DNA of 64,000 nucleotides from positions 218,366,001 through 218,430,000 of the forward strand of contig NC_058368.1 of assembly GCF_018350175.1 (NCBI RefSeq). Reading direction: 5' to 3'. Positions 39,299 through 53,442 of this stretch are shown piece after piece (positions within the stretch are counted from its first letter, which is position 1; every line of letters begins with the position of its first letter). The notes under the pieces are model-generated. The model saw only the letters and a program-made list of their open reading frames with translations. It was not told the DNA's origin and searched no databases. The position numbers and the translations under genes are program-made. This DNA comes from Felis catus (Eukaryota).

Positions 39299-42200
39299 AA
39301 AACCCCTCAAGGTAAATGATAAATTTAAATATCGTTAAATTAACAATTGTAGCTAAGAAAGTACATAAAGAATCAATGACTTCAAAAAGAAAAACAAATG
39401 TGAGAAGAGAATTCAGAAAATTCACCGAAGGAAATCACCAAATCAAAAAAAGAAAGATGGAGTTACCAGTTAGGCAGGGAATAATAAGTGTTACTATGAA
39501 ACTAAACAAAAAGTGAAGAGAGTAAAAACAATACAATGTGCTAAGAAAATGAGAAAGTGAAATATTTAGAATACCTTAAAAATAACCCTAAACCTAACCC
39601 TAATCCAATCCAATGTGCAAATTGAGTTCTCAAAGAACAACAAACAAAACAAAGGGATAGAAATAATATATGACTATTCCTTAATAGTTTTAGAAATAAT
39701 ATATGACTATTACTTAATAGTTTTTATCCACATATTGAAGGTTTCATTATGTAATTAGGAGTATAGTACATGATTGACAATTTTAGGACATATAAAACTG
39801 TTGGACCATAATTCGTAGGGAAAAAAGATGCAAAACCTCCAGGCAAAATGATCACATCACTTTTAAAGAAAATCAGGTCAACATCAGCTTTTTGACAACA
39901 CACAGAATAAGACAAAGGCGAAATCATATTTTAAGAACCACAGGAAAAAAAAACATTTTAGAATTCAGACAAGCCATCGTTCAACTATCAAGAAGATGAG
40001 AATAATTGAATTTTCAAGAATGTAGAATAAAGTCCTTTCTGAAAAATCAACTAGAGGTAAAACTTTAGTGAAGAACAATGCTCAGCAATAAACATATTTA
40101 ATTGTAGTTGTTAGAATCAAATTGGGTACAAAATGAACCAATGATATTTAAATTTTATAAGTTCTATAAAAGTAGAAATGAAAATGTGGCGGTGTAAAAT
40201 ACCCTCATTGATGATCACATTGCAAACGAGTGAGAATCAAAGATATACAAAGATGATAAAGTAAAATGTAGAATCCCAAATAAATAGGAACCTAAGGATA
40301 TTACAAAATATATTACTGCAAGATGATTATTTGCACAAAATCAAAATCCTCATACATTCCAGAATCAGTACAAAAGAGCAGAGGAAGCACACTATATATA
40401 GAAAGATATATTTAACACACACATGAAAGTAACGAAGTCTCATGAAAATATGAAACTAAGCATATCAAGCATATCAATATTTATAAATGGTGTTTAAGTT
40501 TTCTGCTTTTGGCTTTGCTCACTAATCAAAATTTAAGTTTATTCTCTATAAGATACTTACCTAAAAATAGACCCATCAAGGCTAAAGAGAGTAGACAAGA
40601 TTTTCAAAATAATTTTTTTGAATAAGGGAATGCATGGGCCGGAAAGAGGATTTAGTCTAAGGATATAAAAGCTCATGTCCTGCTCCAGACAGTCTGTGTA
40701 TGTAGGTAGGTATGGGTAAAGATGAATGAATAGCTAGATCAGATTTGGTTGAAATAAATTGATGTTTTGAAGTACTGAATAAGCCAATCTCAGAATTAAA
40801 CTATAGATTTGAAAGAATTGAAAACACATGTAATATTATTTCATTTCATACCAATTAGTATTATTATAAAAGTGCATAATAGTTATGTGTTAATGCTTTT
40901 AAGGAATAAACAATAAAAAATTCTATGCCTATGTTAAAATTCAAAAGAAGTGAGACATTGAGGAGAGTGAAAAGAATCTTAATTTTATGGATGACACACA
41001 TATGATAATTACAGACGATGTATTCTGCATGATTTTTCAGATAAAATGTTACAAATCAGAAATGTTGCTAGTACAAAGGGAGAAATGGGAGCATTTTTAT
41101 TGCTTCATAGTGTAACAGCAAATTCGTGGTCAAATTAGGCTTTGTACTTTCTGAAAGTAATATTCTAGGGCTTTCAGCACTGATTGAATGGTGTATGTGC
41201 ACTTAGAAGATGATTACATCATGCTCAGAAGAACTCAGCACTTTGAATACAAAGGTGAAAAGAAGAATTCTACCGGATAATGAAGCTTTTGGTGGCAGAG
41301 TGGGGATGTATTATTGGTAGTGATGGATGGACCTCCTGTCCACGAAGACCATTAGCTTGCTCTGTGTGGCTGTTCATGCTGCATTCTTTCTGCCAGAGAA
41401 TTGGTTGATCATGGAACTGAAGTGAAAGCAGATGTGTCACTAACATACATTCAGACAACTCATGACAAATACAGGCAAACAGAATCCCATCTAGCCATTT
41501 ACTATGGCAGGCTTTGACATAAATTATTTTAAAATATTTTGGTTGTGTTGCCCCCCTGTTTCCACAACAGGATTACACAGAAGAGCTTCAAGGGAAGGAA
41601 AACGAAGTGGAGATGAATCCAGTTTCTGTAATCTATTCTCAGAACCATGTAGTGAGTTGTATTCTCTGGCTTTGCCCACTTTGGTTCTATTTTATTTTTT
41701 ATTTTTGAAAATAAAAAGTATACATAACTGGTACAATGTTACATTTAAATCTACCCCCAAAATCAAGAGCACACTGCATACACTGTATATTAGCCAACTT
41801 GACAATGAATTATATTAAAAAATAAAACATTTCAAATGTTCACAATCTAAAAGACTCAGTGAGAATTCCTATCTCTACAAAATCAGTTGCATTATACAGA
41901 TGATGGTCTTTCTCCTGATTTCTGCTGACTGACATATAAGATCTATCAACAAATGTCTAGTGTATTACCTGAACAATTCAGCATGATGTCTACTAAGGAG
42001 TCAAGCAAATATTTAGGAAAAGCAAATGGTATGATCTGTCACCTTCATTTTGTGATTAAATCATTTTTATTTACTCATCACTACAGAAATAAATTACCAT
42101 TTTATGTTTTGTATGGCCTGATATTCACTGTGCAACACGAAGCAAATTTGATCATGGTTAAATCTTCGTACTTCCATTGCTTTATAATAGATTGAAAATA

Positions 42201-44297
42201 AGGTTAGATATGCAGAAACAAAATGTTTATCTTGCATTCACATAAAATCATGCTCAGTTTGCTTTTATAATTAATAAGCAGTGATAGCATTTTCATGTTT
42301 TAAAATGATATATTATTAATTTTAATTATTCTTTTTGTTTACTTTTCCATATTTGCGATCAAAGGAAATATTTTCAGTTATCTCTTCCATTTGGTTTTCA
42401 ATCATTTTCTCCAATTTTGAAAAGAACAAAAAGGGCTTTCGATCTTGATTTAAGACAAAAATTTGACTTCTATGCTTGTTAGAACCATGATAATTCTATA
42501 AAAAATAGTTATATGGTGTCCACTCTGTGCAGTATGGTGAATGTAAATGTTGTTCAGGTACAATCATGTTTTCTAAGATTTTAAAATCTAAAATATTTAA
42601 TAAGATATAGACATAAATATAACAGGGTTGAAAAACATAGGTCATAAAAGAGTTAAAAAATAAGAGTCATTATTTATTTGGAAAAGGAAGAAACTGCTTT
42701 AGCACTGGTCTTGAGAGATGGAGAAATATTCTGTCCCAGTTGAGAGAGACGCTAATGTGCAAGTGGAATGTGGAACAAAGGAGATGCGTTGAGACCGAGG
42801 AGCATCTTTGTAGAAATAATGAAGATCTGAAAGTATAAGCATGTATTAAAAAAAAATCCTTACTTTGGACAGGTCTTGTGTTTCATTAAAAGGATTAGAA
42901 AAAGATGAAGCTGAGAAAGTCGAGTGGGGTTAGTTCAAGCAGAAAATTAAATATCAGCAAAATAAGATTGGAGTGTTAAAAAAAAAAGACATTGGCAATT
43001 TTGTTTTCATTGGTGCTATTTATTTGCTTGGAAACTGAAATATCAAATCCTATGGGAGAGAAGGGAAAAGAAATTGCAGAGAACTTTATGGATATTCCAG
43101 GCAAGACACACTGGGATTAACCATGAACTGCAGAATTGACAATAGAGAGGTGCCAAACATAAATTTTGATTATATTTAAGAATTGTCTTTATGTCTCCTT
43201 ATGGCAATTAAATGAAAAATATATGCTAGTCTTTGTGTGAAAAGAGACGCAAAAGTTTCAACTTAACTAGTAACACTAATTAGGTTAAAGTAATCACTGG
43301 GGTCTACTGAAGCCAAGACTACAATGTATGTTAACTAACTTGAATTTAGGGAAAAAAATAAATAAATAAAAGGTTTTGTAATTTGAAAAAAATATAGATA
43401 CACTAAATCATAAATGATGTTATATTTTCAGTCACTGAGTCAAGTAAGAAAAGTATTACGATTCCAAAATAATTTCCACATGTTGTATCTAAAAAGAACC
43501 TCAGCATTATGATTGATCTTAGGAAAAAACCCACACAAAAATAAAATGCTCCTCTTTCCAAGTCCCACCTTGACCTGATGAGGAGCAACGAATTCTTCCA
43601 CAGGCTGAGGCTTACCTACAGAATGAGGATGTTACAATGCCCTATTGCTTTTCATCCCCCCTTGAGACATAACTCAAACTCAGCTACTTTCCACATATGA
43701 TAAGATCAAACACCAGCTGTTGCTGCTCTTTCCCCCCAAAATATACTCCCATTATATTGCTCACCAGCCTTATACATTTACAGGAGAGGTACGCTGATAA
43801 TTAAAATATCTTGCCTCAATTCTGAGGACTAAGTCAAGAGACACTAGAATGAAGGAGATATAAGGTACATCATATCATAATTTTATTCTGCAAAGCTTCT
43901 TCCTAGAATATTTTCAGGGACCTGAGGTATGTAAATTGGTAATAATAGCCTAAGTATAGGAAGTGCCTCAATGTTCAGAAACGTTGCGTTCTAGCTTTAT
44001 AGAAATATCAGTTACTCCCTTTTGTGACTCCTCTATTTTCTTTATTTCTGGTGTTCTTAGATAAAGCTAAAATCTTAATTTTAATATTTCCATGTTAATA
44101 AATTGTTTATCTTATTGCTGTTACTTTCATGTCTTCTTTAAAAACATGGCTTCACCCAACCTTATAAAAGTAGTGCAATGTGTTTTAAAATGTTCATAAT
44201 TTTGTTTGTCATATTTAAATATAATCTACTGTGTATACTGTGAGGTAAACATCCAATTCTTTTTAAATTTGGGAACAAATGAACCTTTTTCTATTTC

Positions 44298-44514
44298 TTT
44301 TTTTTTTTTATGTTTTTATTTATTTTTGAGACAGAGAGAGACAGAGCATGAGCAGAGGAGGGGCAGAGAGAGAGAGGGAGACACAGAATCCGAAGCAGGC
44401 TCCAGGCTCTGAGCTGTCAGCACAGAGTCCGACGTGGGGCTCAAACTCACGGACTGCGACATCATGACCTGAGCTGAAGGCGGACGATCAACCGACTGAG
44501 CCACCCAGGCGCCC
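44298..44514 (-). mobile_element. Can-SINE (SINEC_Fc)
   Basis: Reverse body; flanks aacctttttctatttctt / aacctttctctatttctt. Confidence 0.93.
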
Positions 44515-45684
44515 CAACCTTTCTCTATTTCTTAAGTAACTGGTCCTTTCTCCATTAATTAATTGTACTTCCAATATATGATCTTCATGTGGTCCAGTCT
44601 GTTTTTAAGCACTATATTCTTTCCATTGTTTTATGTTTCTTTTTGTATATCAATACCATATTATCTTAATTAATATAGTTGTATTACAACCATTGACATC
44701 TGAAAGGGAAAGTCTCCTTCTTTGATTTGCTTTAGTTGTGCATTGACAATTTTTAATTATTTACTCATTTATATATATGCCAGAATTATTCCATCAAATA
44801 TATTTTGTTCCATGCAACAATATACATTGAGATTTTCAGTAGAATTGTATTGAATCCATAATTCAATTTGGGAAGGACTGACAAGTTTTCTATGGATGAA
44901 TATGATTTATATTTCAATAAGTTAGCTTATTTATAATATCACTCCATAAAATGTCATTATTAATTTTTAAAGTTTCTAAATATATTTTTTACTCTGAACT
45001 ATTATTAACAACTCTTAGAAACTCTGAACTATTGGTGATATTATACACATGTCTTCATTTAAATTATGTTGTTAATTGTTTACACGTGTACAGACATGAG
45101 CTTGTATATTTATTTTAAATGAAACTTGTAAAACTCTCTCCTATTACTTCTAATAATTCACCTGTTTTGGCAAATGAATTTATGAGAATAAGGAACTTCT
45201 ATGACTAGTGTTTATATTTCTGATAATAAAAGGATATTAAATTTTATAAAATACTCTTTTTTGAACTATTGAGATGATTATATGAATTACCTTTTCCAAT
45301 ATGTTAACATGGTGAATTAGGCATGATTTTTAATACTTCAATAAACTAGTGTTTTAAAGTAAATATTATCTGGTTATTATTATAACTATTTACTTATACC
45401 TCCATTTATATCAATCACCATATTGCTTACTTCCTCTTGTAAGTTTGTTTGCAAATTATATTTTTAGTGGTTACCCTTAAAATTAAACATAGTTGATATT
45501 TTAAAAATTAAGTAATTCAAAACCACTAGTGTCATCCTCTCAATTAAAAAGACTAATCACCTCCAAACAGTCTGCATGTTTCTGTTATACATTTGAGTCT
45601 TATTTATTCTTCCTCACTACTACTTTAAATATCATTATCATATTCCTCATCTTCTTCCTCTTCATCATTATTTGGGTAAGTGTT

Positions 45685-45996
45685 GTGTTATTTTATTTAA
45701 ATTGGTTTCATGCCCAGTGAGGAGCCCAATTTGAGGCTTGAACTTATGACCTTGAAATCAAGACCTGAGCCAAAATCAAGTGTCAGAGGCTTGGGGCACC
45801 TGGGTGGTTTAGTGAGTTGAGGTCTGGCTTTGGCTCAGGTCATCATCTTGCAGTTCATGAATTCGAGCCCCAGGCTGATAGCAGAGAGCCCACTTTGGAT
45901 GCACTGCCCCTCCCCCACTTGTTCTCGCTCAAAAATAAATAAACATTAAAAGAAAAAGAATCTGAAGCTTAGCTGAGTGAGCCACCCAGGCACCCC
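45685..45996. mobile_element. Minus-strand SINE interrupted by a plus-strand SINE (~45793-45958)
   Basis: 'cttgaacttatgaccttgaaatcaagacctgagccaaaatcaag' is continued after the inner SINE by 'agctgagtgagccacccaggcacccc'. The inner element starts 'ggggcacctgggtggtttagtg'. Confidence 0.85.
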
Positions 45997-47281
45997 TCAA
46001 ATATAATTTTATCAGTAGAGCAATCTAGTTTGTCAAGTATTGTCTCTCAGCTCTTTAAAATTATTATTCCATTTTTAAAATGTTACATATACTGCTTTTG
46101 AAAAAGCTCTTGTTATATATTTTTTCTTGTAGTTAATTTTCCTTTTTCCCTGGTTGCTTTTAATATAATCTTTTTGGCTTTGTTTTGCTGCAAGAATTTA
46201 TTATAAAGGAAGTGGTTTTTACTTATTTTCTGGTATGTGTTCTTCTTTTAGCTGTGGTTTTATATCTTTTACAGTGTGGGACATTCTGAGAATATTCCAC
46301 TGACTTGCTGCTATTTTCAGGCCTTTTAATCCATAGTCCTGTTCATTTAACTGTTGTTTCATTTTCAAGTCTTCTTGTTTCTCTCATTTGTATTCTGAGT
46401 GATCTTTCTAAATACATTGTCAATATATTGTGATTACAAAATTTGAATTCCTCTGTGACTAATGTGGTGCTTTACTCATCAATTGATTCTTGTTTCTGAG
46501 TTCATTTTCATATACATAATTCTATTTTTTTCCTTCCTCATCATTGAATTTGGTTTTATTTGCTCATTTTGTCAATAAAATGTGTTTATATATTTTAGCA
46601 TTGTTGGCTGAAATGAACTAAGAGTTAAAAATATAGCATATCAATACTTCTGGGGTTCTGTGTTGGTAGATCTGGGGTTAGTGCAGACGAGAGACTGTAA
46701 ATTCTGAGATCAGCATTTAGAAGAGAATGAAGAATAAAATATATTCCTGTCTCTCTGTAACCAAGATAAGAGCTCTTTAGACCAGTGAGGGGCATGTAGC
46801 TTCAAAAAGTACAAACACTAAATACTAGGATTCCTCACCTCACCTTTTATGAAAGAATAATAAACCAAAAACAGTATATATTTGATTTATAAACTGGCGA
46901 GTTTACTGAAAAGCTTCCAATTTACCTGACAGAGCTTAAGAAATGCTGCTGCAGTCCTGCATGAAAGAAGAACTTTCTCCAGGAGCAAATAGAAAGAAAA
47001 CTGGTGGACTAGTAAAGGTCTGATGGGAGGTGGACAAGTACATAAGGAAGGCAGTCCTGAGGATTTGGGCATGATGTCAACCAATGTATTAAGGCTAAAG
47101 AGCTAGGACTAAGAACGATAGGGTTTCTCTGAAAAAAAAAAAAAAGTTTTGCTGATGACCTGACTAGAGGTTGAAAACTGAGAAAACTGTAACGTTTATA
47201 GGAATCCAACGAATTCTCTGTAAGGGCTCTGTCTAGGCAATTTCAGCATTGTGAGGGAAAGAACCAAAACAACAAAACAAT

Positions 47282-47313
47282 CACACACACACACACACAC
47301 ACGCACACACACA
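47282..47313 (+). repeat. (CA)n microsatellite
   Basis: cacacacacacacacacacacgcacacacaca. Confidence 0.9.
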
Positions 47314-48329
47314 CCAGTTCTCTTGTTTGAAATTGGTTGAAGTAGAAATTGTCTAAGAGAGGAAGGAGTCCTAGGAGGACATGAAGAAGGGACATTATCA
47401 CTTTATTGTTTACTAAGAGATAGCTGCTATTTCTTTAACATCCTTACAAAGTCTTAGAGAATTTCAGTAAGTTTTTAAAGTTCTCACGTTTAGAGTACGA
47501 AATGCATACTTGGAAATTGACCAAGAACATACTGTAGAGTATGCTCTCATAATCCCGAGTTTTACCATATCCCAAGAGAACTCGTTGACATGACCTAAAT
47601 TATAGAACCAATGTGATAAATACAAATCTCCAAGTCATTAATTGATGAAAACCTAGTTTAGGCTGAGATATCAAATTGTTTTTAAAAGTACACCAAAGAT
47701 TATCCTCTATCCTTCTATTGCAAATGCTGTTTTAAATAGCAATTCATCAAGTAAATATTTGAAATAATACTTCTCAGAGTTAATAGGTTTCTCAAAGTTC
47801 AGAATCTCTTTTTATCATGGCGAAGCAAAATTTTGAAGAGGAAAAATTTATGAATACAATTTCCTTTTCCCACTCTGGGAAATCTGATAACCAGGTTGTT
47901 GGCTGAAGTGACTGGCTGTTGTCCTCATCAGGCAAACATAACCTTAATACTATTGGAAAGACCATGAAGAGGTTTCAGAAATCAGATTTTAGAGTAAAAT
48001 GTGCTGTGCAAGTATATTCTTTTCCTTTCATTTTAAGATTGCCATTCTGGAACATTCAAAATTGTTACATTCATAACCAGAGACAGAGCAAACATGCAAA
48101 GAAGCTATGGTTTTCAAATTTTGCTATGCATTTCAAACCAAGCACTGTTATGATTGCCAAAGAAAAATATAACAGCTTGCACACTGATACAGAATACAGA
48201 GCTGATATGGTCATTTCCTAGTGTTTTTAGATATTTATGAAGTTTTTTCTGAATTTTCATTTGGAACACAACTGGATTTCATTCCAATAAATTGCCCTGT
48301 TTTAAGTACAAAGCCCTATGCTATTTTTT

Positions 48330-48480
48330 CATAAAACTCCATGAGATGTATAAAATTATTACCCCCATTTCAGAGATGAAAAACCTAAGCAGAGTGTTTA
48401 AATACCTTTATAGAGTCACATATTTGTAACAGAGAAGAGCTAAGATCCAAACATAGTTTTTCTGCTCCAACCACTATTCT
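48330..48480 (-). mobile_element. MIR relic
   Basis: 'tattacccccatttcagagatgaaaaacctaagcagag...gtcacatatttgtaa...agagctaagatccaaac'. Confidence 0.6.
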
Positions 48481-48806
48481 ATAACCCTTCCCTAAAAATA
48501 ATTTGCTTTAATAGGAAAAATAAATAAATGAATAGAAGAAATATTTCTAAATTTTAAGACACTGTGGCAAAACTATGTTTCATTATTGTTAAAATAAGTA
48601 TCCTTAAGTATGTTATGTGATATTTACACACATCAAAAAATTGAAATGTGAACTTCATCCATACATGCATTTGATAATTTTGTTTTATTTTCTCTTCTGA
48701 TTTTGCATGAAAGGGTTAAGAAGTAAATAAGCATGACTTAAAGAGAATTTGTTCAGTATATGCAGAGAATGATCATTTGCCTACTCATGAAAAGGAGTAA
48801 AATATT

Positions 48807-48927
48807 GGGGCAACTGGGTGGCTCAGTCAGTTGAGCTGATTCTTGATTTTGGCTCAGGTCATGGTCTCATGGTTCATGAGATGGAGCTCTTGGTTGGTCT
48901 CTGGGCTGAGCATGTAGCCTACTTGGG

Positions 48928-48984
<57 letters not shown>

Positions 48985-49048
48985 CCCCTCCCCTGTTCAA
49001 GGTCTCTCTCTCCCTCAAATATAAACAAATAAACATTTAAACAAATTT
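48807..49048 (+). mobile_element. Can-SINE with an expanded internal (CT)n (48930-48978)
   Basis: SINE head and body; TSD-like gaaaaggagtaaaata / gaaaacgagtaatata. Confidence 0.9.
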
Positions 49049-49074
49049 GAAAACGAGTAATATAAGGTGTCTTG

Positions 49075-49709
49075 GTTTAATAGCTCTTCAGCCACTCTTA
49101 ACTTGCTTCCAGTTGACACAGTCCTTGCTTGCTGACCTAAGGCCCTTGATCTGTAACAAAACTAATTTACTTTCTTTGAGATTTGCAGACCACCGGCCTT
49201 GGGCAATGAAGTACTACACCTTTCCTAGGCCAAAAAGGTCAGCAAGCCTTTTGAAGCCACCTTGGATTTCTAATTAGTCCAGCAATTTTTGAGCAAAATG
49301 TTTCTCTTTTTTAAGGTCACACAAATGACTTGACTGACCTCCATTTGCAAATCTATAGATTTTGCCCTTTTTTGCAGAAAGAATAGAGTATTCTTGCACA
49401 ATTCCTTGGTACTAAGGAACCAGATCTGTTTGCACAACCTTGGCACACAGAGATAACTCTGTAGTTGGCATCATTGAACCTGCATATAACCAAGAAATGT
49501 CACATACTACTGCACTCCCTTAACTGATTTAACCCCTTTAAAAATGTCTGGGCCAGGCAAAAACCTTGGATTTGGCTTTTGGACAAGAGTCCACCTTCTC
49601 CTCAGGTTGCCAACCTTCTGAGTAGAGTTCAAATTCCTTTCCAACCAAATATTCGCTCTTGAGTATTGGCCTTTTGAGTGACAGAAGCCAAACTTGGGTT
49701 TCGGTAACA
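49075..49709 (+). mobile_element. Solo LTR (ERV1-like), followed by an MLT1-like fragment (49715-49803)
   Basis: 3' end 'tcctttccaaccaaatattcgctcttgagtattggccttttgagtgacagaagccaaacttgggtttcggtaaca' is typical of ERV1 LTR U5. The 5' boundary is uncertain. Confidence 0.6.
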
Positions 49710-52295
49710 TTGGTGGATCTGGGCAGCTATAACAGAATACTATAGACTTGGTGGCTTATAAATAAGAGTAATTTATTTTTAGAAGTCTAGAAGTCCAAGA
49801 TCATTTTTTAGGGCATGATGTCTAAATTAAATATTTTCTTGAGAAAAGCAGTATGTTATTGAATTATACCATTTAAAGTACTAACATTTATAAGCAAATG
49901 ATAATTTTAGCTTTTGCATGTAATAGTTATGTTTTATCCTGTTCACTAAATGTACTTAGCTTTCTGATGGCTTGGAGAATTCATGGTAACAGTAGGAATA
50001 TGAAGTTGACAATTCATGAGACAGTTCTGTGATATTAATGATTTCTTTAAGATTTGATTTTTGATCAGTAAGATAATGGAGGAATTTGTTAATGTAAGGA
50101 ATAACCATCAGCTGAGTTCTGCTTCAATGTACCATTCTTCAGTATACCATCCTTGTTGGCTACCAGTGGGTACCCAAGCCAAGGGATATATAAATTTAGC
50201 GTTGATCAAACTTTGTGACACCTGGTAGGCACATTGCTTGGTTCTAGTGTAATAGATTTTAAAATGTTGATGTTTGTTATTGATCTCACACACGTTTGTA
50301 TAGACTTTAGTGTGTGCCCAATCATTTAATGAATATCTTAGATAGGAACACATCTACCTTCAAATTGACTTTTTATCCAGAAGCCTCTAAGAATTTGTAT
50401 TTTAATATAATCCTACTCTGAATTTATATTTTTTATCTTCATATCCTTATGTAATGATTATTGCATAATGAAAGTGACATAAAGCTAATGCTTAGGTTTG
50501 GATTGTGCTTTTTCGTAATAGCGTAATGGTACGATAATCAGATGATATGGAAACTCTGCCAAATGTTATTCTTAAATATTTTTATAGAAAAATTAATGCC
50601 AGTTACAAATAAGACAAGTGGCTATCAATGTATTTATCTCCATTTATGGCAGAAAATGGTCTCAAATTTGTTGACATTTCAGTATCTCAGATTCCAAGTG
50701 ATTCTGGAAGCTCAAAACCAAAACAGTGCATTATTTACATTCATAATTTGCCTGCTTTTGAGGAAAATGACATCTGTGCAATTTTTTCCTTCCAAAACAC
50801 ATTAATTTCCACATAGGCTGAATTTAGAGCTGAGAAAGCTAATGCAGAATACCATTCCTATCCTGTCATGTATAAATAACATTACAAAATATAAATTTAT
50901 TTTCTAGTAGACATACTCTTTGCATAATAGCATAGATCAATATGTCATACTATAATTTGTTAATTTCATAATCAAAGTACTTCAAATATTTTTATAATTT
51001 TTAATTAAAACTAATGCTCTTTATTTGAGGGGGGTTGGTGTCCAATTCTTTGAGTTTAACATATGCAGACATTCATATGTCTTTATGTTTTCAATTCTCC
51101 CCTTATATTCTTAATACCTGTATTCTTTTTACTCTCATTCCTGCAGCTGAAACATGAACTACATTCCTGTGCTTTCCTAAAATAATCACGTAATGAGAAG
51201 TGTTTCTCTTTTTTTCTCTCTGTCTTTATATGATTGCTTCATACATAAACAATACATCTTTTATGCCACAAAGTGATTCTGAGCATCCTAGAGTGCAGGG
51301 TGCTGCATTTCAAAGCTTCTCAAAATGACAAGGGAGACGCAAGTAGACTGGGAAGAGTACTCCTCATATTATGGTATGTCATCTAGTGAAGAAAGGTTTC
51401 TAGACTTGGGTAATTTATCAGCTTCATATTTTCATACTCACTATTTTACATGTGAAAATGAATAAAAATTCTTATGTCCAGATACTTCAAAATGGTGAAA
51501 AGTAGACTGTTAATTTGGGTCTTAAAGGATAGAAATCAAAAGATAAAGGTGGTTTTAGAACCCTAGTTCTGAGAATTTCAGATTATTTACTTTCTATAAA
51601 TTTACCTCAATTTCAAAGTGGATTAAGTTTATGTCTTCTCTGAGACTCTTAATTGTTGTGTCCTCATTTGCAATTGTGTGCATTGTTCCTGAGAGATAAA
51701 GGGTCAGTTTGGAACTCAAAGGGTCACATGCCCAAACTGGAAGAGCACATTTCCTGCTCATGGTTTATCTCTCTGACAGTGCTTTCCTGCTTTTCACTCC
51801 CTCCTCATCTGCCAACAGAACCATACTGATTTCTGAAAGCTTTCTATATCGACTCTGCTTTCCTTCTAATTCAAGTGATGCAGTTTGCATTTTTCTAGAG
51901 CAGATAGTGTAATGCAGTGAAAACTGCAAAAGGTATATTGAAGAGTAACACATTTTAAAGACAAAAGGGCAAGTAAGTAGAACTGTGCAGGGCAAATAAT
52001 CAGACTGTGATTCCAACATGAGAACATCTGAGCCAGTCCAAATGAGAGCAAATACTACCTGTTAAAGAAATCCTTTTGTTGGGCAGAAATGACTGAATCC
52101 TTTTCTACCTTCTTGGTCAGCCATTAGCTGGGTGCCTACTTTCTAAGAGCATAGCTGCTGCTCTAAAACATAGGTGTACCCTGAAAGTCCTAAGCACTGG
52201 AGATTTTAACACACTGCAGTTGGACATTGCAGTACTTCTAGGATGAGATAGTCAAAGTTGTGTTTCTGCTTTTTCCAAGTCTGACACAGCAAGCC

Positions 52296-52349
52296 AAAAA
52301 ATAAATAAAATAAAATAAAATAAAATAAAATAAAATAAAATAAAATAAA
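52296..52349 (+). repeat. (TAAAA)n pentanucleotide repeat
   Basis: aaataaaataaaataaaa... about 9-10 units. Confidence 0.9.
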
Positions 52350-52835
52350 GTCTAACAAATTTCTTTACCTCACATTAATAACCTTATAAACCAATATATT
52401 TCTAAGTCTATCTATAATTAGAGCTGATAATTCAGAGTATATTATTAAAGTAAAACATAGATAAAGAATTATCTATGTCCATATTACCCAAAGCAATCTA
52501 TAGATTCAATGTAATCTCTATCAAAATACCAACAGCACTTTTCACAAAACTAGAACAAATGATACTAAAATTTATATGAAGCCACAGAAGATCCCAAATA
52601 GCCAAAGCACTCTTGAGAAAGAACAAAGCTAAAGGTATCACAATTCCAGATTCAAGATACACTACAAAACTGTATAATCAAAACACTATGGTACTGGCAC
52701 AAAGTAGACACAGCTCAATAGAACAGAGTAGGGAATCCAGAAATAAATGCACATTTATAAGGTCAATATATTCATGTCAAGAAAGACAAGGATATACAAT
52801 GGGGAAAACACAGGTCTCTTCAATAAATGGTGCTG

Positions 52836-53032
52836 GAGGGCACCTGGATGGCTAAGTCGGTTGAGCGTTCAACTCTTGATTTTGGCTACGGTCATGATCT
52901 CAGGGTTGCGGGATTGAGCCCCACGTTGGGCTCTGCACTGAATGTTGGGGCCTGCTTAGAATTCTCTCTCTCTCTCTTTCCCTCTGCCCCTTTCTCATGT
53001 TCACACATACTGTCTCTCAAATAATAATAAAA
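52836..53032 (+). mobile_element. Can-SINE inserted in the L1
   Basis: TSD aaatggtgct at 52825-52834 and 53033-53042. Confidence 0.92.
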
Positions 53033-53442
53033 AAATGGTGCTTGAAAAACTGAAGAGCTATATGCAAAAGAATGAAACTGGACCATATTCTAATACCATA
53101 CACAAAAATAAACTCAAAATGGTACAAGACCTAAATACGAAACCTGAAACCATAAAAATCTTAGAAAAGAATACAGACAGAAATTTCTCAGATAAAAATA
53201 GCAATATTTTTCTAGATATGTCCTTTGGGTGAAGGGAAATCAAAGCAAAAATAAACTATTAGGATTACATGAAAATAATAAGCCTTTGCTCTGTGAAGGA
53301 AACCACCAACAATACAAACAAGCAACCTACTGAATGGGAGAAGATACTTGCAAATGATATATCTGGTAAGGTATTAATATCCAAAATATATAAAAAACTT
53401 ATAGAACTCAACATCATAAAAACAAACAATCCAATTAAAAAA

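Noticed and set aside
41270..41458. Non-repetitive, GC-richer block with a 62-aa minus-strand ORF
   Set aside because: No recognisable protein and no good splice-site pair. It could be conserved non-coding sequence, but that cannot be judged without an alignment.
50108..50353. 81-aa minus-strand ORF as a possible exon
   Set aside because: No recognisable domain and only weak splice signals.
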